Source of the DNA: Phoronis australis
Taxonomy: Eukaryota > Animalia > Phoronida
DNA length: 64,000 nucleotides
Direction of reading: 5' to 3'
NCBI GenBank assembly: GCA_002633005.1
Contig: NMRA01000049.1
Span: 62,001 to 126,000, forward strand
Shown: in pieces, positions 14,001 through 29,000 of the stretch
Layout of the letters: each line of letters starts with the position of its first letter
Numbering within the stretch: position 1 is the stretch's first letter
Program-made: the position numbers and the translations under genes
Notes under the pieces: generated by a model
What the model saw: only the letters and a program-made list of their open reading frames with translations
What the model was told of the DNA's origin: nothing
Database searches by the model: none

Positions 14001-17000
14001 AGTACAAATTTCTTTCCACAACATTTGACCCTGCAGTAGCACAAAGTACAGTAATCAGATATTCTTTAAAGTGAAAACTAATAATGCATTTAAAATACTG
14101 CATAGCACACAAAGTATAATATAATAGATGTATTTACAAATGTTGCATCATAAATGTACATACTGAGGTAGAAAGCCAGCTAATAGTATCTGTATGAAGA
14201 CTATTGTCAACATAAAGCTAGATAGCTATGTGTAGAGCTCCGTTACACCGAAATTTCACCGAACCCCGGTGCTCAGCTTGTCAACTCGTCCTGAAACTTA
14301 GAGCTAACAACCTACAGGGGTGCATAAAGAATCTGGGAATGAACCGACAATCACCTTGCCCGTTACAGCCGTTTACAGAAGTAAAAAGACAATCTAATAA
14401 ACGTTATTTTTTGTAATTCTCCGCCTTTTGTAACAAAGGAAGTCTGTGGTCATTTTGAAAACAGTGCATTCTTGTGGCACCTGCACGTATGCGCCATTTC
14501 CGAAAATTTTGCGANAATTATTTGACAAGTCTAGCGTCTTGAGATGCTTCAGTTCCTTGTGGCGTTGGTGAATAGCACACCTGTCATCCATGAGCGTGCA
14601 ATGAGGCAAGGTTCTGCATGAAAAGTGATGGAGAAGGATAATAATTAGGAATTTATTCACTAGAAAGTAATTAACTGTTCAGAAATAAATAAAAAGTTTT
14701 AAAAGAGCTCCAAGTCATACAAAATTTAATGTTCACTTAGGTATCAGCTTTTCCCTTACACAAATAAGAAGTGTCAAAATTTGGGCTTGGGAACATTTCC
14801 CGTATTCCGCACTCCCCTCTTCTTGGCCGTGAAGTAAGATTATATTGATTGTATAACAGTGGCGCTGTGCGAACAAAAGGCTTTGCTGTCTTTTGTACTT
14901 CAAAATCATCAGGAAGGGGTGAAATGTGACATCCCACATCCATGGATATTTATCCACTTCATCCCACTTCCTTTAATCGACATTGCAGCACTTGGCAGTG
15001 CAGTTACGGTATATAATTCTTTCCCGACATGACTTAGATATGCCTTGGTATAAAACATCAAGTATTCAGATGACAAAATACTAGCATGTGAATCTCCATA
15101 GGAGCGAAAGCGAGGCTGCTGACCTGCCTGCCGCATCAGGAGGTGTGCCGCTATTTCATACCCCACGGCATGGGAAAGCCGGCGATCAATGCGGAGGCGA
15201 GAATTCACAATTCGTTATTGCTCAAGACCAGGCTCAATATAATTCTTGACCAGACGTGTCATTTAATGTGCTCACCAAGGTCTCAAACAATAGTGAACCG
15301 TCACTTTTTTCCAAGCCCAAAAACTCTTCTAAACTTAAAGGTACTCTTTCTTTAGCATTCAACAATTTAGCCTGAACACAGGATGAGTTACACCAGCCAA
15401 AAGGCATTTTCTAAAATCAAACATTTCATAACTTTCAGTGAGCCCTTCTTGGATTTGCCTTATTTTACAGGGTTTCCATGGAAACCACATTGCATCAGGC
15501 GGCAGTTGAATGAGTGCCCATACTGCATGTGTCAGCTGTTACAAACTGCGGCCATTTTAGGAGGTGGTGCACCACCAAAAACCAAAAAAATCATATTGAA
15601 TTCATTAAGTTTGAAAATGTTTGGAGTTGTGTTGAATGAGCACTATTTGGAATTAATTTTTTACTTAAAGTAACCTGCGTTAGAATCCGTTTTAGGAAGA
15701 TTTTAATCGAAAATAAAACAGAAAAAGTATCTTTAATTAAAAGTATAAGTTTACTCACGTCAAGTTTTATATCAGATAATTCGACAAAATCACAGGTTAT
15801 TGTTTTCAACAGGTCAGTTGGCGAAGGCTTGAAGGCATTTTAGAACATACTACATTTTGTCAAACGGATGATAATGACATTGCCGCCAAGATGTCAACAG
15901 GATGGCGTGGGGGCAGCATTAGCCACTCACTGCAGCAGCTCATACAAGAATTGACCAGATCCACCCCAGGCTCTGGCTGCCCCAGGCTCTGGCTGCCCCA
16001 GGCTCTGGCGGCTGCCCAAGGTTCTGGCTGCTACAGGCTCTGGCTGCCCCAGGTTCTGGTTGCCCCAGGCTCTGGCTGTCCCAGGCTCTAACTCGCCAAG
16101 CCCCTAGCTGCCCGAGGAACTAGCTGTTTTCTAGATGGCTGCAGTCCTATTGAAGCCTGGTGATGTGTAGTATTTAATTTTCAGAAATAGTTGTGTGGAT
16201 AGCAGGACCAAATTTCTGACTTCACGCGTTCCGTCATTTTTCATAGAGCAGACACCTGAGTATAATATTCGAAATTAAATAACAAACCAGCACTAGGCTA
16301 ACAAAGGCATAGCACTGGTTCTCATGTAAAATCAAGGAAGCTATCTACTGAAGTCTTCACTAACAACCCTGACAAAGATACAATTACTGTACATTACTCC
16401 TTACACAGGTTACACAATCCCATCCCTGGAGCACCAAAGAATGTTGGACATTGACTGAAGTCAGCCATGCAGACGGCATGAATGAAATCAGCTGGGAACT
16501 CTATCAGACCCCACATAAAAATCCCAGGCACGCCTTTTAGCTAACTGAATAAAGGATTCACAAGTTTCGCGTGAAAAAAATCAAGTTTGTGGAAGTTGCA
16601 TCATCTCCAAGTCCGATTTTTTTAGAGAAGATGCTGCCATGTGACTACAGACACCTGGGTATTATTTTTGGACACGAGACTCTATGATCACCAAGGAGAT
16701 AATTTTTGTGTAGTTTTACGACTCTACTATAATTATGATAGTTTTTAAGAACTTCAATTATTTGTTATGAAGGTAGCCTTAAGCTTGGAGGGCAATAAAA
16801 ATGTGAAAGCTTAAAATTAAGAAAGCAGCAAATTGTTATACATGTATCCAGTAAGGTTAAAACGGCCAACTGACCTGCCTTTTACTGATTGTGATGATGT
16901 AGAAACTGAAAAGTTGTCCACACTGCAGGAACCACCTGTGGTGAGGTGCCTTAATGCGTCTTTGGCTTCTGAGAAATGCACCTTGCCGAATATCTGGTTG

Positions 17001-20000
17001 TGAGACAAATTAAGCAGCTTCAGACTACTCGGGTAGTTCACTGGCGTCCCAGCACTTTTAAGTTGGTTTTTGGACATATACAGCTTCTCTAGATATGGCG
17101 CCATGCAAGGTAGCGTTGACGGCAAACACATGATCTGATTTCCAGACAATACGAGTTCCTTCAGTTGTTTATCCTCCACGTTTGAAGACATATCTTCATC
17201 GCTTTCCGTCACCAAGTGGTGCCAGATATTATTCTTCTGAACATTGAATACATTTTTGAACACATCGTCATCCCCAGCCAAGCTCCCATCATCATTAATG
17301 GGGCCAAGTTTGGAACCATAGCCTGGAGAACCTGCAACCCTACTGTGATCAGGGAAGTCCATGGATCTCTCTGGAAGCTCCCTAAGCAAATTGTTTGACA
17401 AATCGATCTCGATCGCCCCATTCCACATTTCAACCGGGACAGAGACGAGCATGTTATGCGATACGTCAAGCTTTTCCAAGCCCGTGTGGGTGAATAACAT
17501 GCTGGGAAGGATCTGCAGGCGGTTATCTTTCAGGTTGACTATTCTCAACGCTGGTAACTTCCACACAAAGTCATCTCCCACAGGAGACAGCACCTCGATT
17601 TTGTTGTAGGAGGCATTGAGATCCTGCAGGGATTGTAGACTGAACATCACTGATGGAAGCCTCTTTATCATATTGTTTGATATGTCAATTTTCGTCAACG
17701 CAAACAACGCGTATGCCTGACTGTAGTCGGCGTAATTGATCTTTGGGTTGTGAAAGTAACAGGAACTTATAAGCCAGCTGTCGGAGACCTACATTGGGAA
17801 GTAAATCGTACAATTAACTCCAAAGCGGTGAACAAGAGCAATGCTCTGCTCTGACAGGCACCATCAGTGTGCATAGTGACCAGTACAGATAAGACATCCT
17901 CATTGCTTCAACATTTCCACAAGAGGGAGCAATATGTATCAAACTTAAAGCAGTTATCTGAACTAACCTTCTATTACAATTGAGGCCGGCAACTTGAATA
18001 ATTCCACTATGTACTAAAAAGAGTTTTATTAGTTAAGCCAAAAGTTTTCAACCGAAATCAAAATAATTTCAGATTCTCTTTCAACATTTTACTCGATGCT
18101 ATTGAACAAAAATTTCAAATCCCAGAAATTTGAATTCAACTTTTCTAATTTTTTCTGATAAGCTTATTTTTGTAATAATTAATTTGATCAGGGAGCTTCT
18201 GGTTTTGTTCATGAACTAAGGATGTTTTAAATGCAAGAGTTGTTTATATACTACTACAAATTTAATATGAAAACAATGACTCATAAGGCCAATGGGCTAG
18301 GTGTGTTAAATTCTGAATTTATTTAAATTTAAACACGTCGCTAACATCCTCGATAACATTCATGGTATTGAAATTTGTCTAAAAATTCCTTACTCAAATT
18401 GGGGTTGACTGCCATGGTCTCAAGGAATAACAAACTGCCAGTTCCTTGCAATCCATAAAATAATTCTTCATTGCGTAAGGAACAAGTTGACATCATTTTC
18501 ATAGCGTGAGGTTAAAAACTTTGCATCTTGGACGGATTTCGAGGCCATAGACCTTTAACGGGTTTCCTAATCCCATAGAAGCAAAGCTGCTTAAAGTTGA
18601 TTTGCACCGAGAAAGAAAGGTGTCTTTTCCTTAACAGGAACTCCATGTAATTACCAAATTTCACAAAGAAACTAACTCAATATGACAAGAAATTAGACCG
18701 GTTACAAGGGTTACATCATTCAGTCACCGGAAACCTCGTCTCTATAGGAACGTATCTACTACATTTCAAGGCCCTTCAAGGCATTGAAGCAGCATTAAAC
18801 CCCCGCTTTGTATGAAAATGTCAAGTTTTAATTTAGGTTGTTAACCACAACGTAAAGTTGGTCTAGTCTTGTTCTTTAGTTTAGAAGTGAACTCTGGGCT
18901 CCTGAAGAACCTTCTTCCCACCAATCTCATAAAATTCTGGGAAATTTTAGAAGCTTGGTCTGTCGGTCTGTCAGCAGGAACGTGATCTAAATCAAAACTT
19001 GTTTTTTGACAGAAAGCACACACTGGGGTTTAATGCTGTTTATTTAGATTGACATGCAGATGTCAAAAACAGAATAAAGTTAGTGAGAATTTTGATCCTT
19101 CCCAAACAAGCCAAACAAGAAGGGTGGTGCCTGTGGCTTGATACAAACATGTAAGGCCAGGAAGAAAACAGTTTGTTCTGGTGTCTAATCATCTTGAAAC
19201 CTGCGCATGCTGACTAAAAGAGAAACAACAAAAAATGCCAGCATGCATCAATTTCAGTCTTGTTTTTCTGAGATCCAGAAAGGCATACTTTGAAATGCCA
19301 TGATTTGCAATGCAATAGGAAAAAGAAAATCTTGCATCATTTTTGGTCATTTTTGGTGCAAAATACTTAAAATTCACCAAAGAACGGGAATTTGTCACTG
19401 TTTTTAACAGAAAGCTGTTTACCACACTTCATGAAAATCCATCAAGTTCATAAAAATTAGTTGAGGACCTTTGAACCTACAGGCAAAGTACATATACCAA
19501 AAAACTAAAATTGTCACTAGGGACACAGCGGTATTTGGGTAGGTCCGAAACTCGTCAGCCTATGTCGTCAATCCCACTGAAACACACCTGCCAAATTTCA
19601 AGAAGTTCTTGCAAAGGGTTTAAGAGATACAGCCGCTGATGCCAGACGCCCAGACAGAGATGACGGGAATATGCACCCACAGATAAATACGTGGGTACAT
19701 AAAAACCAATCATAAGACCAACTATGCTATGTTTGATATAACAAGTCTCATAAAGATGCATCTGATTTAGATGAAAAAGCAAAACACAAAAACTAAAATT
19801 GTACTTAGGTGCACAGAAGTTGTAACCTTTGTCCAAATGTAAACAAATGACGTCAGCTTTAAAGAAGGACATCTACCAGAGATTTCATGACCTTCCTGCA
19901 AGGACTTAAAAGATACTCTTTTCTTCTTTAAAAATTTCATGAAACAGATTTTAACACAAGTTAATTCAGTCAAAAGTTGAGCCCAAATAATGCTTATTCA

Positions 20001-23000
20001 ACACAGCTCTAAATATTTTCGACTTTGACTTAAAATTTTATTCTTTGGCAGGGCACCACCGTCTAAAATGGCTGCCATAGTGAGTGACTGATGACTCATG
20101 AATTATAAGTACTCACCAACTCAAGTGCAACCATATATACTAGCATAAAGGTTTCTGCAGAAACCAGCCCACTTTTTAGAAAAAAAATTTAAAATGACAA
20201 CAAACAATGTAAGGAAAACACAAACAGGGATGGAAGTCACAAAATATATCAATTTTATGCGATATCATTCGATTGTCAAAATTCATCCTGTGTTCGAAAT
20301 TGGTGTGCCAGTGCGAAAAGGAAAGAGTTTCTTTAATAGGTGCAGCTGTGCATGTTATAGACATGCCCCAAGAATGACAACCAGATGGTCGACATAGTAT
20401 GCTCTCATTGAGAAAGCATAGAACAAGTAGAAAAGAAGGCCGACTAGTAAATACATGCTAAAACAAACAAGAGCAACGTGGAGCGTTGAAATGCGCCCAT
20501 GAATGCATTGCAAATGGTGTGCTTTTAGGGTTATTTATTTTTATCATAAAAATGGCCACTAGATAGCGCGAAAACGTACAATCCATCCTAAAACAGGAAC
20601 ATGCCATATTTCATAAAAATCTATCAAGGAACTTCAGTGAAACAAAAGAAAACAAAATGAAACGAAATTGCCACTAGTGGGCACAGTGTCCGTTGGATTA
20701 GCCTGAAAGTCGTCGCCGTCTGTTGTTATCTTCATACACTTACAAAATTTAATAACAATCCTGTAGTGGGTTTAGGAGAAACAACTATGGGCACTAAACA
20801 AAACAAAACTACCACTAGGAGGCGCCAGAGTAGTTAATTGCCATCATCAAACGTCCTCTTCACACTGAGAATTTATATAAGTCAATTTTCAAAACCATCC
20901 CTAGAATGATTTGGTTGATACAGGGGTAGATGCCAAAAGCAAGATTTGAAAACAGAAAAAATGGCCACTAGGTGGCGCAAAGTACCTCGATTCCATCCAA
21001 AAACAGCAAAATAGCATCATCTCACCAATAGATGCCTATAATTAAAATTTTATGAAAATCTGTTGAGGACCTTTGAAGATACATCATATAAATACACTTG
21101 CTAAATTAAGTAAAGATCCCACCAACAATTTAGGAGATACAGCCACGAGCGTAAAAAAACGAAACTGCCACTAGGAGGCACCCCAATAGATGAAGTGGTA
21201 AAAAAATCATCGTCAGCCGTCCACTTCATAGTAAAAACATAGTATTACATACAATCATCCTGAAAACGATTTGGTTGATAGATGAGTGGACGCCAAAAAA
21301 CAGACTCGAAAACAGTAAAAATGGCCACTAGGTGGCGCAAACACAATCGAATTCATCTGAAAACGGAGCGATAGCGTCACCTCTTTAACAGATGCCAGTA
21401 TGCAAAATTTTATGAAAATATGGTGACGACCTTTGCAGATACAGAGGTAAACATGAAGAAATAAAATTGCCACTAGGTGGCACACCAGTAGTCAAATCTA
21501 TCCAAAAGTCGTCGTCGTCCGTTGTTAACATCATATAAAAATACTTACTAAATTCCGTAAAGATCCTGTGAATGGTTTAGGAAACACAGCCATAGGCGCA
21601 AAAAAACAAAACTGCCACTAGGAGCCGCCACAGTAGTCGAAGTCGTCGGAAAATCATCGTCGGACGTCAACTTCATAGTAAGAACATACATGCCAGTTTT
21701 CACAATCATCCTTTGAGCGGTTTGGCTGATAGAGGGGTGGATGCAAAAAACAGACTCGAAAACATAAAAATGGCCACTAGGTGGCGTAAACTATGTTTCT
21801 CCATCCAAAAATGAGAAGATCCCGTTATCTCACTAATAGGTGCCTATATACAAAATTTCATTAAAATCCGTTAAGGACTTTTGAAGATACAGAGGTAAGC
21901 ATAAAAAACTAAAATTGCCACCAGAGGGCACACCGGTTGTCGGAGCGGTCCAAAAATTCGCTCATGCCGTCCCATCCACGGAAGGAACACATGTGCAAAA
22001 TTTCATGAACATCATGGAGATAGAGCAGAGGACGCCAGACGCCAGATGGACGGAGATGACAGCATAATGCGTCCACACATAAATATGTGGGCGCATAAAA
22101 AGAATTTACAACAACTTACAGCAATGTTTTTAAAAGAATAAGGTCAGCAATGATCATTATACTATTCAACTAAAACTGACCTCCAACTTCAGAAAATAGA
22201 TAATGAACATGAGCACTATAATTTGTCCTTTGAACTATGACCCTAATTGTTATTTTTATTACTTGAATAAAAATTGCCTAATTGTGGTACTGGTCATTAC
22301 ATCTGCATGTTCCATCAAAGCAACTAACTTAAAAGTTTTGAATTGGACCGCTTATCAGGACACTGGCCTCAACCTGTTCTTTACTCCAATGACAAAAAAG
22401 GGGAAAATTTTCCTGGTGATATATCGTTCTGCAAAATTTAACTGACTGAAAGAAATGCTTTGGCATGAATAAAGTCAAAATAATGATAAAAGAGACAAAT
22501 AAAAGGAAACTGGAAATAAAACAAGAGAAAATCAAAACCAAAAAAGAGAAAATCCTCTTAAAAGAGGAAATTGCAAGCCCTGTTTGTTACTCAAATGACG
22601 AGTGAATTCTGGGTATGGGAAAAATGACAGCCATCAGTTGCTTATACATTCCCACAGACTTTGCACTTTTGCCCAAGTCAGATCTGATTACTTTTCAGCA
22701 ATAGTTGTCAGGCAGCGCAAGACCGAACTTCTGTCTTAAGTCACTTTTCATGATACAGAGACCCCTGGTGTTGAGAAACAGTCAGCTGTTCACAATTTTA
22801 TCCCAGAAAATTTGTCTAATGCGAGTAAGGAACAAGTTGGGATGAATTTCTCAGCAGCAAATGGATGGTCTAAATCTTAGTCTCTTGATGAATGGCAGTT
22901 TAAAGCAGCTTTTCAACCATACCGTTGCTAAGTTGAGCTTGTACCAGTTGACAAATACTGGCATTGTTGGAACTTTGTGTCCACCCAAGGAACCAATGGA

Positions 23001-26000
23001 ACCAATAGATTCAATGCAGTCTTCTTCTATGTCACCAGCCACCAACTTCTTCAAAGCTTCCCGGTTTATCTGGTGTTCCCTGTCGACGTAAGATAAGTAG
23101 CGGAGTAGCGTTGACGTCATTAAACCGTTGGAGCTAAGCTGTGCCGAGGCGAGACACAACTGGTCTTCGTCCTTAGCTCCGAGGTCCAACAGAAGTCGCA
23201 TGCGAGAAATATCATCTTGTTCGCAGGCTTCAAGAAGTGCAGTGTATGTTCTGGCATTGTGCTTGAAGGAAATGTTGAGGTCAGCGCCATATTGCACCAA
23301 CAGCTTGACAACATCCTTCAGATTGAGGCGAGCGGCTGCAATAAGTGGTGTGGTGCCATCCACACTACGACAGTCGACCACGACTGGACACACTCTCCGT
23401 GGTTCATCAGAAAACGGATCCATGGAAGAGGGACTGTCCTGGGAGACTTCATGCAGAAAGAAAAGAATTCCAAGAGAATTAATAGGTTCGTGAGCAAGAA
23501 AATTATGTACTTTGCAGTGACTAGAGTTCCACAACTTCATTATCAGCATGGAATAACAATTGGGAGATGGGTTAGGTGTTACATCATACTGCACTCATAT
23601 CATAATGAACAACAAACAACCCGGAACAAAATGACATACTAAACATAAAGCTATAAAAATCTAGTTTTTGAACAGTTACTTCAATAAATTCGTAATTTAA
23701 CAAGAGCAACACAGGACATCGAAATGTGCCAACAGAGTGCACCACATGCTGCGCACATAAAAAGGATCATCATTCATTATTTATCCCAGTAGAGGGAGAA
23801 ATGCCAGACAAGTGATTCGAACTCAGGGGAACGCCAGACACCCGATGGGGAAGACTTCACATAGAAAAGATACATATTAATTATAATCATATATCTTTAT
23901 CTACTTTTAAACAAAGGGTGCATAAAATGGTTTACTACATTCCCCCTTAATTTTTATTTACCACTAAGATAATTTATCGCCTGTTTGGCATATACAAAAA
24001 ATATTAACAACAAATCAATATTGAAATTGCATTATGTCAAAAATTTTCATAGACAACAAAAATCATAAATATCAGCTAATGGTTAACGTAGTTTGTATAG
24101 AAATTATTCTTAGTCAGACTTTAAAAAACTGGAAATGACAACCTTTGACGATTACTTTTGTGCAAAACAACTGGAGAATTACCTAATAGTCAAACCTCCA
24201 CTCACCATCATCCTCTGATGACTGATCTCTGGCTAATCCCGAGACTTTGTGCTCCAAAAGAAGTGTTACAAGTGGCTTGGGGTTATCAGACAAGCAAGCA
24301 TAGTATAGTGGGGTTTGATGGTTGATATCGACTGCGTTTATGTCAAATGCAGCTTTGTACTCCACACCAGTCGCTTCGTGAGTGAAGGTCTCCATCATAT
24401 CTTCTGGATAGTCAAAGTTGAGCAAGAGGTCCACCATCTCCACGTTGGCACGGCAACATGCCCCGTGTATGGGCAGCTGGCAGGCATTGCTTTCCTCCAT
24501 CTTTTTCTTTACCAGTTTGGGACATGTCTATAAAATTAATAACTTTCACAATCCCTAGTGGGAATATAATAAAACTTTAATAGTTTACTTAAAAAATGTT
24601 TTTCTCTTACAAAACTCGTCAAAATTCAATGAAACAATTAGCTAGTAAGTCTAGGTACAGATAAATTATAAATCTTTACTAGACTTCCTTGCAAGCAATG
24701 TTTTGTTGGATGTTTTGCAAGCTTCTACGACTTGTCATTTCTGCAACAACGTTGCAAAACCTTGAAAAAGTTGTCAGTGTCCAACAAAACTTTGCCTCAA
24801 ATCTTCAAATCCAGTAAAGAATAACTTTCTGTGTATAACCTTTTTGCCCCTAAATGACTGATAACTGTCTTTGTTACAATGGAACAGAGAAATAGTCACA
24901 TGAAAGAGGGGGGTTCATCAAGTAAAAACTAAGCCACGAGATTTTTGACAAGCCAACAGACAAACTTTGACAAAACCTCATTTATCATTTTCAAAATTGA
25001 ACTTCTGGTCACCAGTCCATACACAATTGCAACTATTTTGCATTCATTTCATTTGCTGTTTCCAGGAAAAATACATCACAACCTATGAAGCAATTCATGC
25101 CGCAACTACGACAAGATATTTTGGCAAATGAAAAATTGGAAATGAACTGATGTGGTAAGTGTAGAGCCAACATTAGGGAATCCCAGGTCTGTTTTTATTG
25201 TTTTATTCTACAACGACAGAGGGCACACCCGGTGGTGAATCAAGTCCGTGAGATATGGACGAAACGGCTGTACACTAACCACATCAAGGTACGGTTCTTT
25301 AGTTCCAAAAGGGATCTTTACTCAACATTTTTCATCACTTAAATGGAGCCCAGAAATATGGCAATTTAATTTCTCGGCATTGAAAATCCTGTCGATGTAG
25401 AGGCTTTCCAGTTAAGCAGGGCCAATGACAAAAAAAGACAAAAATTTTCCAGGTGATGTATAGTTCTACAAACAAATAGGCTCACGAGATAGACATATTT
25501 TTGTGATGTAAAATTTAACTGAAGAAATGTTTTTGGATGAATAAAGTTAAAATAATGATGACAAAAGAGATGAATAAGAGGAAATTGAAACCAAAAAGAT
25601 GAAATCCTCTCAAAAGTCGAGGAAAATTCCAAGTCCTGTCCAAGCTGCCTCTGCTGTCGAGTCATACCCAAGTCAAGCACTACAGTGGGTATAATTCAAT
25701 CCTCTTTTCATTTACCACGTAATGACAGCACAACATCGAGACCCTTTACGTGAATATGACATTGCTGTCTCAATTTTATTAACTCCGACCTTTAAATAAA
25801 ACAATTTTGTGTAAACTGACATGGACATGGCTTACATACACAAAGTTTCCTGATTCTAATCACTCACCATAAGTAATTCTCTGGCTGTTCTTAAGTTATT
25901 GAATGTGCAGGCTACATACAACGGCGACTTGCCAATCAGCGGGTCAATGCCAGCCTGCAGCAACAGACTGGCCACCTGGTGGAGGCTGTGTCGACATGCT

Positions 26001-29000
26001 CTGTAACACAAGTGGTACTAAACTAACAGTAGTTCGACAGCGCCCTCACCTGATGACACAATGCATTAAAGACAAGACAATGATTTGAGAAGACTATTGT
26101 GATGCATATTCTTCAGGCTGGACAACACAATGGGAAGCGTGTAAAGTAGATGGGAAGGACAGACCTTCAAATGAGGACAAAACACGGGAAAGACCTTCAA
26201 ATGGGAATGACCAACCCAAAAATGGGTAGGACAGACAGGAAATGAGAAGCACAGGGTTGTAAATCAAATCTCCTTGTTTGATTTATAAGCCCGTCAACCA
26301 AACTCTTGCACTAAACGTTTGATTACAAGCGGATATGTCAAGCAATACCATACAAACTAATAAAACTGAATGATGATAGAAACACACATTTTTACGAGCT
26401 GAATTTATTTCAAACACGTCAGGGAATTTTTCTGGTTTTTACAAGCAAGCCTATATTAAGGGTTGTGCGATGATAAAATGTACTTCAACATGATGACAAA
26501 GCACAACAGCAGTATCACGATCGGTCGGCACAAATATGATCACAAAGAAACGAGCAGTGACTTTTTAACAGACAAAAATGGTCTGTCCTTCCCACAACAG
26601 CCTCAGCCTTCCAAATTTTTGAATTTGTCCTCAAACTTTTCGGGTCTGTCCTCCCCAATCTTTGGGTCACTCCTTCCCAAATGAGGATCGCCTTACCTAT
26701 TTCTGGTTGTGTCCTCTCCATCTGAAAGTACACCCGTTCCATGCAGCACCTGTACTTTCATATAACCAAGCCTGCTCTTTCCAGTTCTTAAAACAATTCC
26801 TTGACGACGGGTATTCATTGGAGATGTAAAATGCCGATCGGCATTTAGTAAAAGAAATAATAAACTACTGATCCTCAATCGTTGTTTAACTAATCACCAA
26901 GTACAGAATGAGCTTAAGAAGATTAATTTTGTGATCTCCAAAGAATACATCTTACAGACTGAACTTCAGAAAACATTCTGTAGATGAAATTCTAGGACAT
27001 GAGCCCAGACTTGACATCCAACTGTTACAACTTACAGTTTTTCTTTTTTCAAGAACTTCAAAGGCATGCCGCAAGGCTATTTTGGAAAGGGGCTACAAAT
27101 TAATGTTGATAATGAACCCCATGTAAGAGTTGAATGGACTCATATGAATGCTAGCGATGCTAAAAAAATCTAAACTTGCATCAAAACACCAGCATATAAT
27201 TCGGCAGCCTAAGCTGTATCACAGTCTCAGTCCCTTTCCAAGAAGCATGTCTTGAGTAAAACTGTCCAGGTGTACAATTGTGACAGAGACTGGTTCAGTA
27301 ACATTGATCAAGAGAGACACCTGGGACAGGAATCTTGATTTCTTGCATGGTCGCAGTGAGTTTTCTTCCAAACATTAATCAGACAGTGTGAGCTAGCAGG
27401 ATGGCAAGTGTTTTGGCAAAACACCGGAATGCGCGGTGTTCTGAGCAGTCTTCTGTAGAGAGCAAGGCATTAGCCTGTACTTGTGGCCAAAAATTTTCAC
27501 TAACGAATCAAAGAGAAACATTGATAATCCTACAATTCAACATTCCAACCTCATTGGCCAATCACATCTGGCCACCATTTGGTTAGGATAGGCAGACTCG
27601 CACACTTAATGCTTTTGCAAGGTCTTGCGAGATCTTTCTTTTCTTGCGAGAAACGTGGTCTAAGGAACATTAAACTCTCTTCCAAATAGGGAATTTCCAT
27701 TCATACCCTTCCGTGCCTGAAAAGGTGCAGATTTTCTCTACTCCTTGATTTCCATTATTTTCGATTAAAGATTAGAATTTTTCATTGCATTTCAGCCCTC
27801 TGTTGTATCATGTAGTGGAAGATGCACAGAAATTTCTACACAGGACAATTCAGAAGACCGAATTGCAAACAGGACGATTACTAATTTATACGCCAAAATG
27901 ATGGAAATCTAGGCGCAGAAAAATCTGCAACTTTTCAGGGACAAAAAGGGGAATCAGACCATTTTGAGTGGAAAACATGGGAAAACTAGAATGCCTCGGC
28001 GAAAGTCTACGTCCAACAAATGTCTGCCTGTTACCTGTACAGAACTGTCTCGTCGTTTTCCTGAGAAGCATCGATGAATTCTTTGGCCCTTAGACCCAGC
28101 TTCATAAACAACTTCTTTGCATGTTCTATATCATCAACATCCGATGAACAGAGCTCAAACAAGTCTGTAAATAATGGAAGATGTTAACGTATTTGGTCAG
28201 GTTGATGGCGTAGTTTGGCAAAACGTCTGCCGCCACAATTTTCAAATTGATGAGGACTATCTTCCTCTCTTCAGACAAACATTAAATTAAAGCTCATGCC
28301 TAGCTTGCAACATGATTGCCGGTTTTGTTCGTGATTATGATTTTTTTTACCTGTCCAGTAAGATTTATGCAGGCATCAGTCTTATACTGGGCTAAAAAGG
28401 TAAGGTAAGAGCTATCGAAAAAACACAAAATTTGACAATCGAATTCGAAAAGCATAGTTTAATTTTCATGGAAGTCACTTCAAAAATCTTAAGTTTACTA
28501 AGTGCTTGACAATGGGCAAAATACATGATCCATGACAACCAAGTTGTTGACATTGTACAACTTAGTACATTGCACCTAATTGGAAATCAGATCAATTTCT
28601 TTGATTACATTATACATAACCCATCACTTTGGAGGCATTGAAAGGTTGCGACCATACAGAATAAGCCGCTATGAGGCGTCATTACCCATTCCTTTCAGAC
28701 GGAATTAACCGGAAAAGAATTATGCAGATTGTTGTGATGCCGAAACACTATTTTGTCCCTTTTCTTTTGGCATGTAGTGTGGGAACTGAGGTTTGCGGGA
28801 ACAGAATGTTTTTGCGATAAAAGTATTTAGTGGAGAAAGCAATCCAGAAGAAGGTTGTTCGTGACATCTATGTGCAGCTCATGAAACAGGAAGATCAGCT
28901 ACCATGACAACACTTTTCAACCACTTTGCTTCAAATTTAGAACCATTTTCAGGCAACCAAACTTACCGTGAGCCACCTTTTGTAAGTCGTGGTCCCTTTT

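Noticed and set aside
15891-16091. Repetitive 66-aa ORF (GSGCPRLWLPQ)
   Set aside because: Translation of the 16-bp minisatellite
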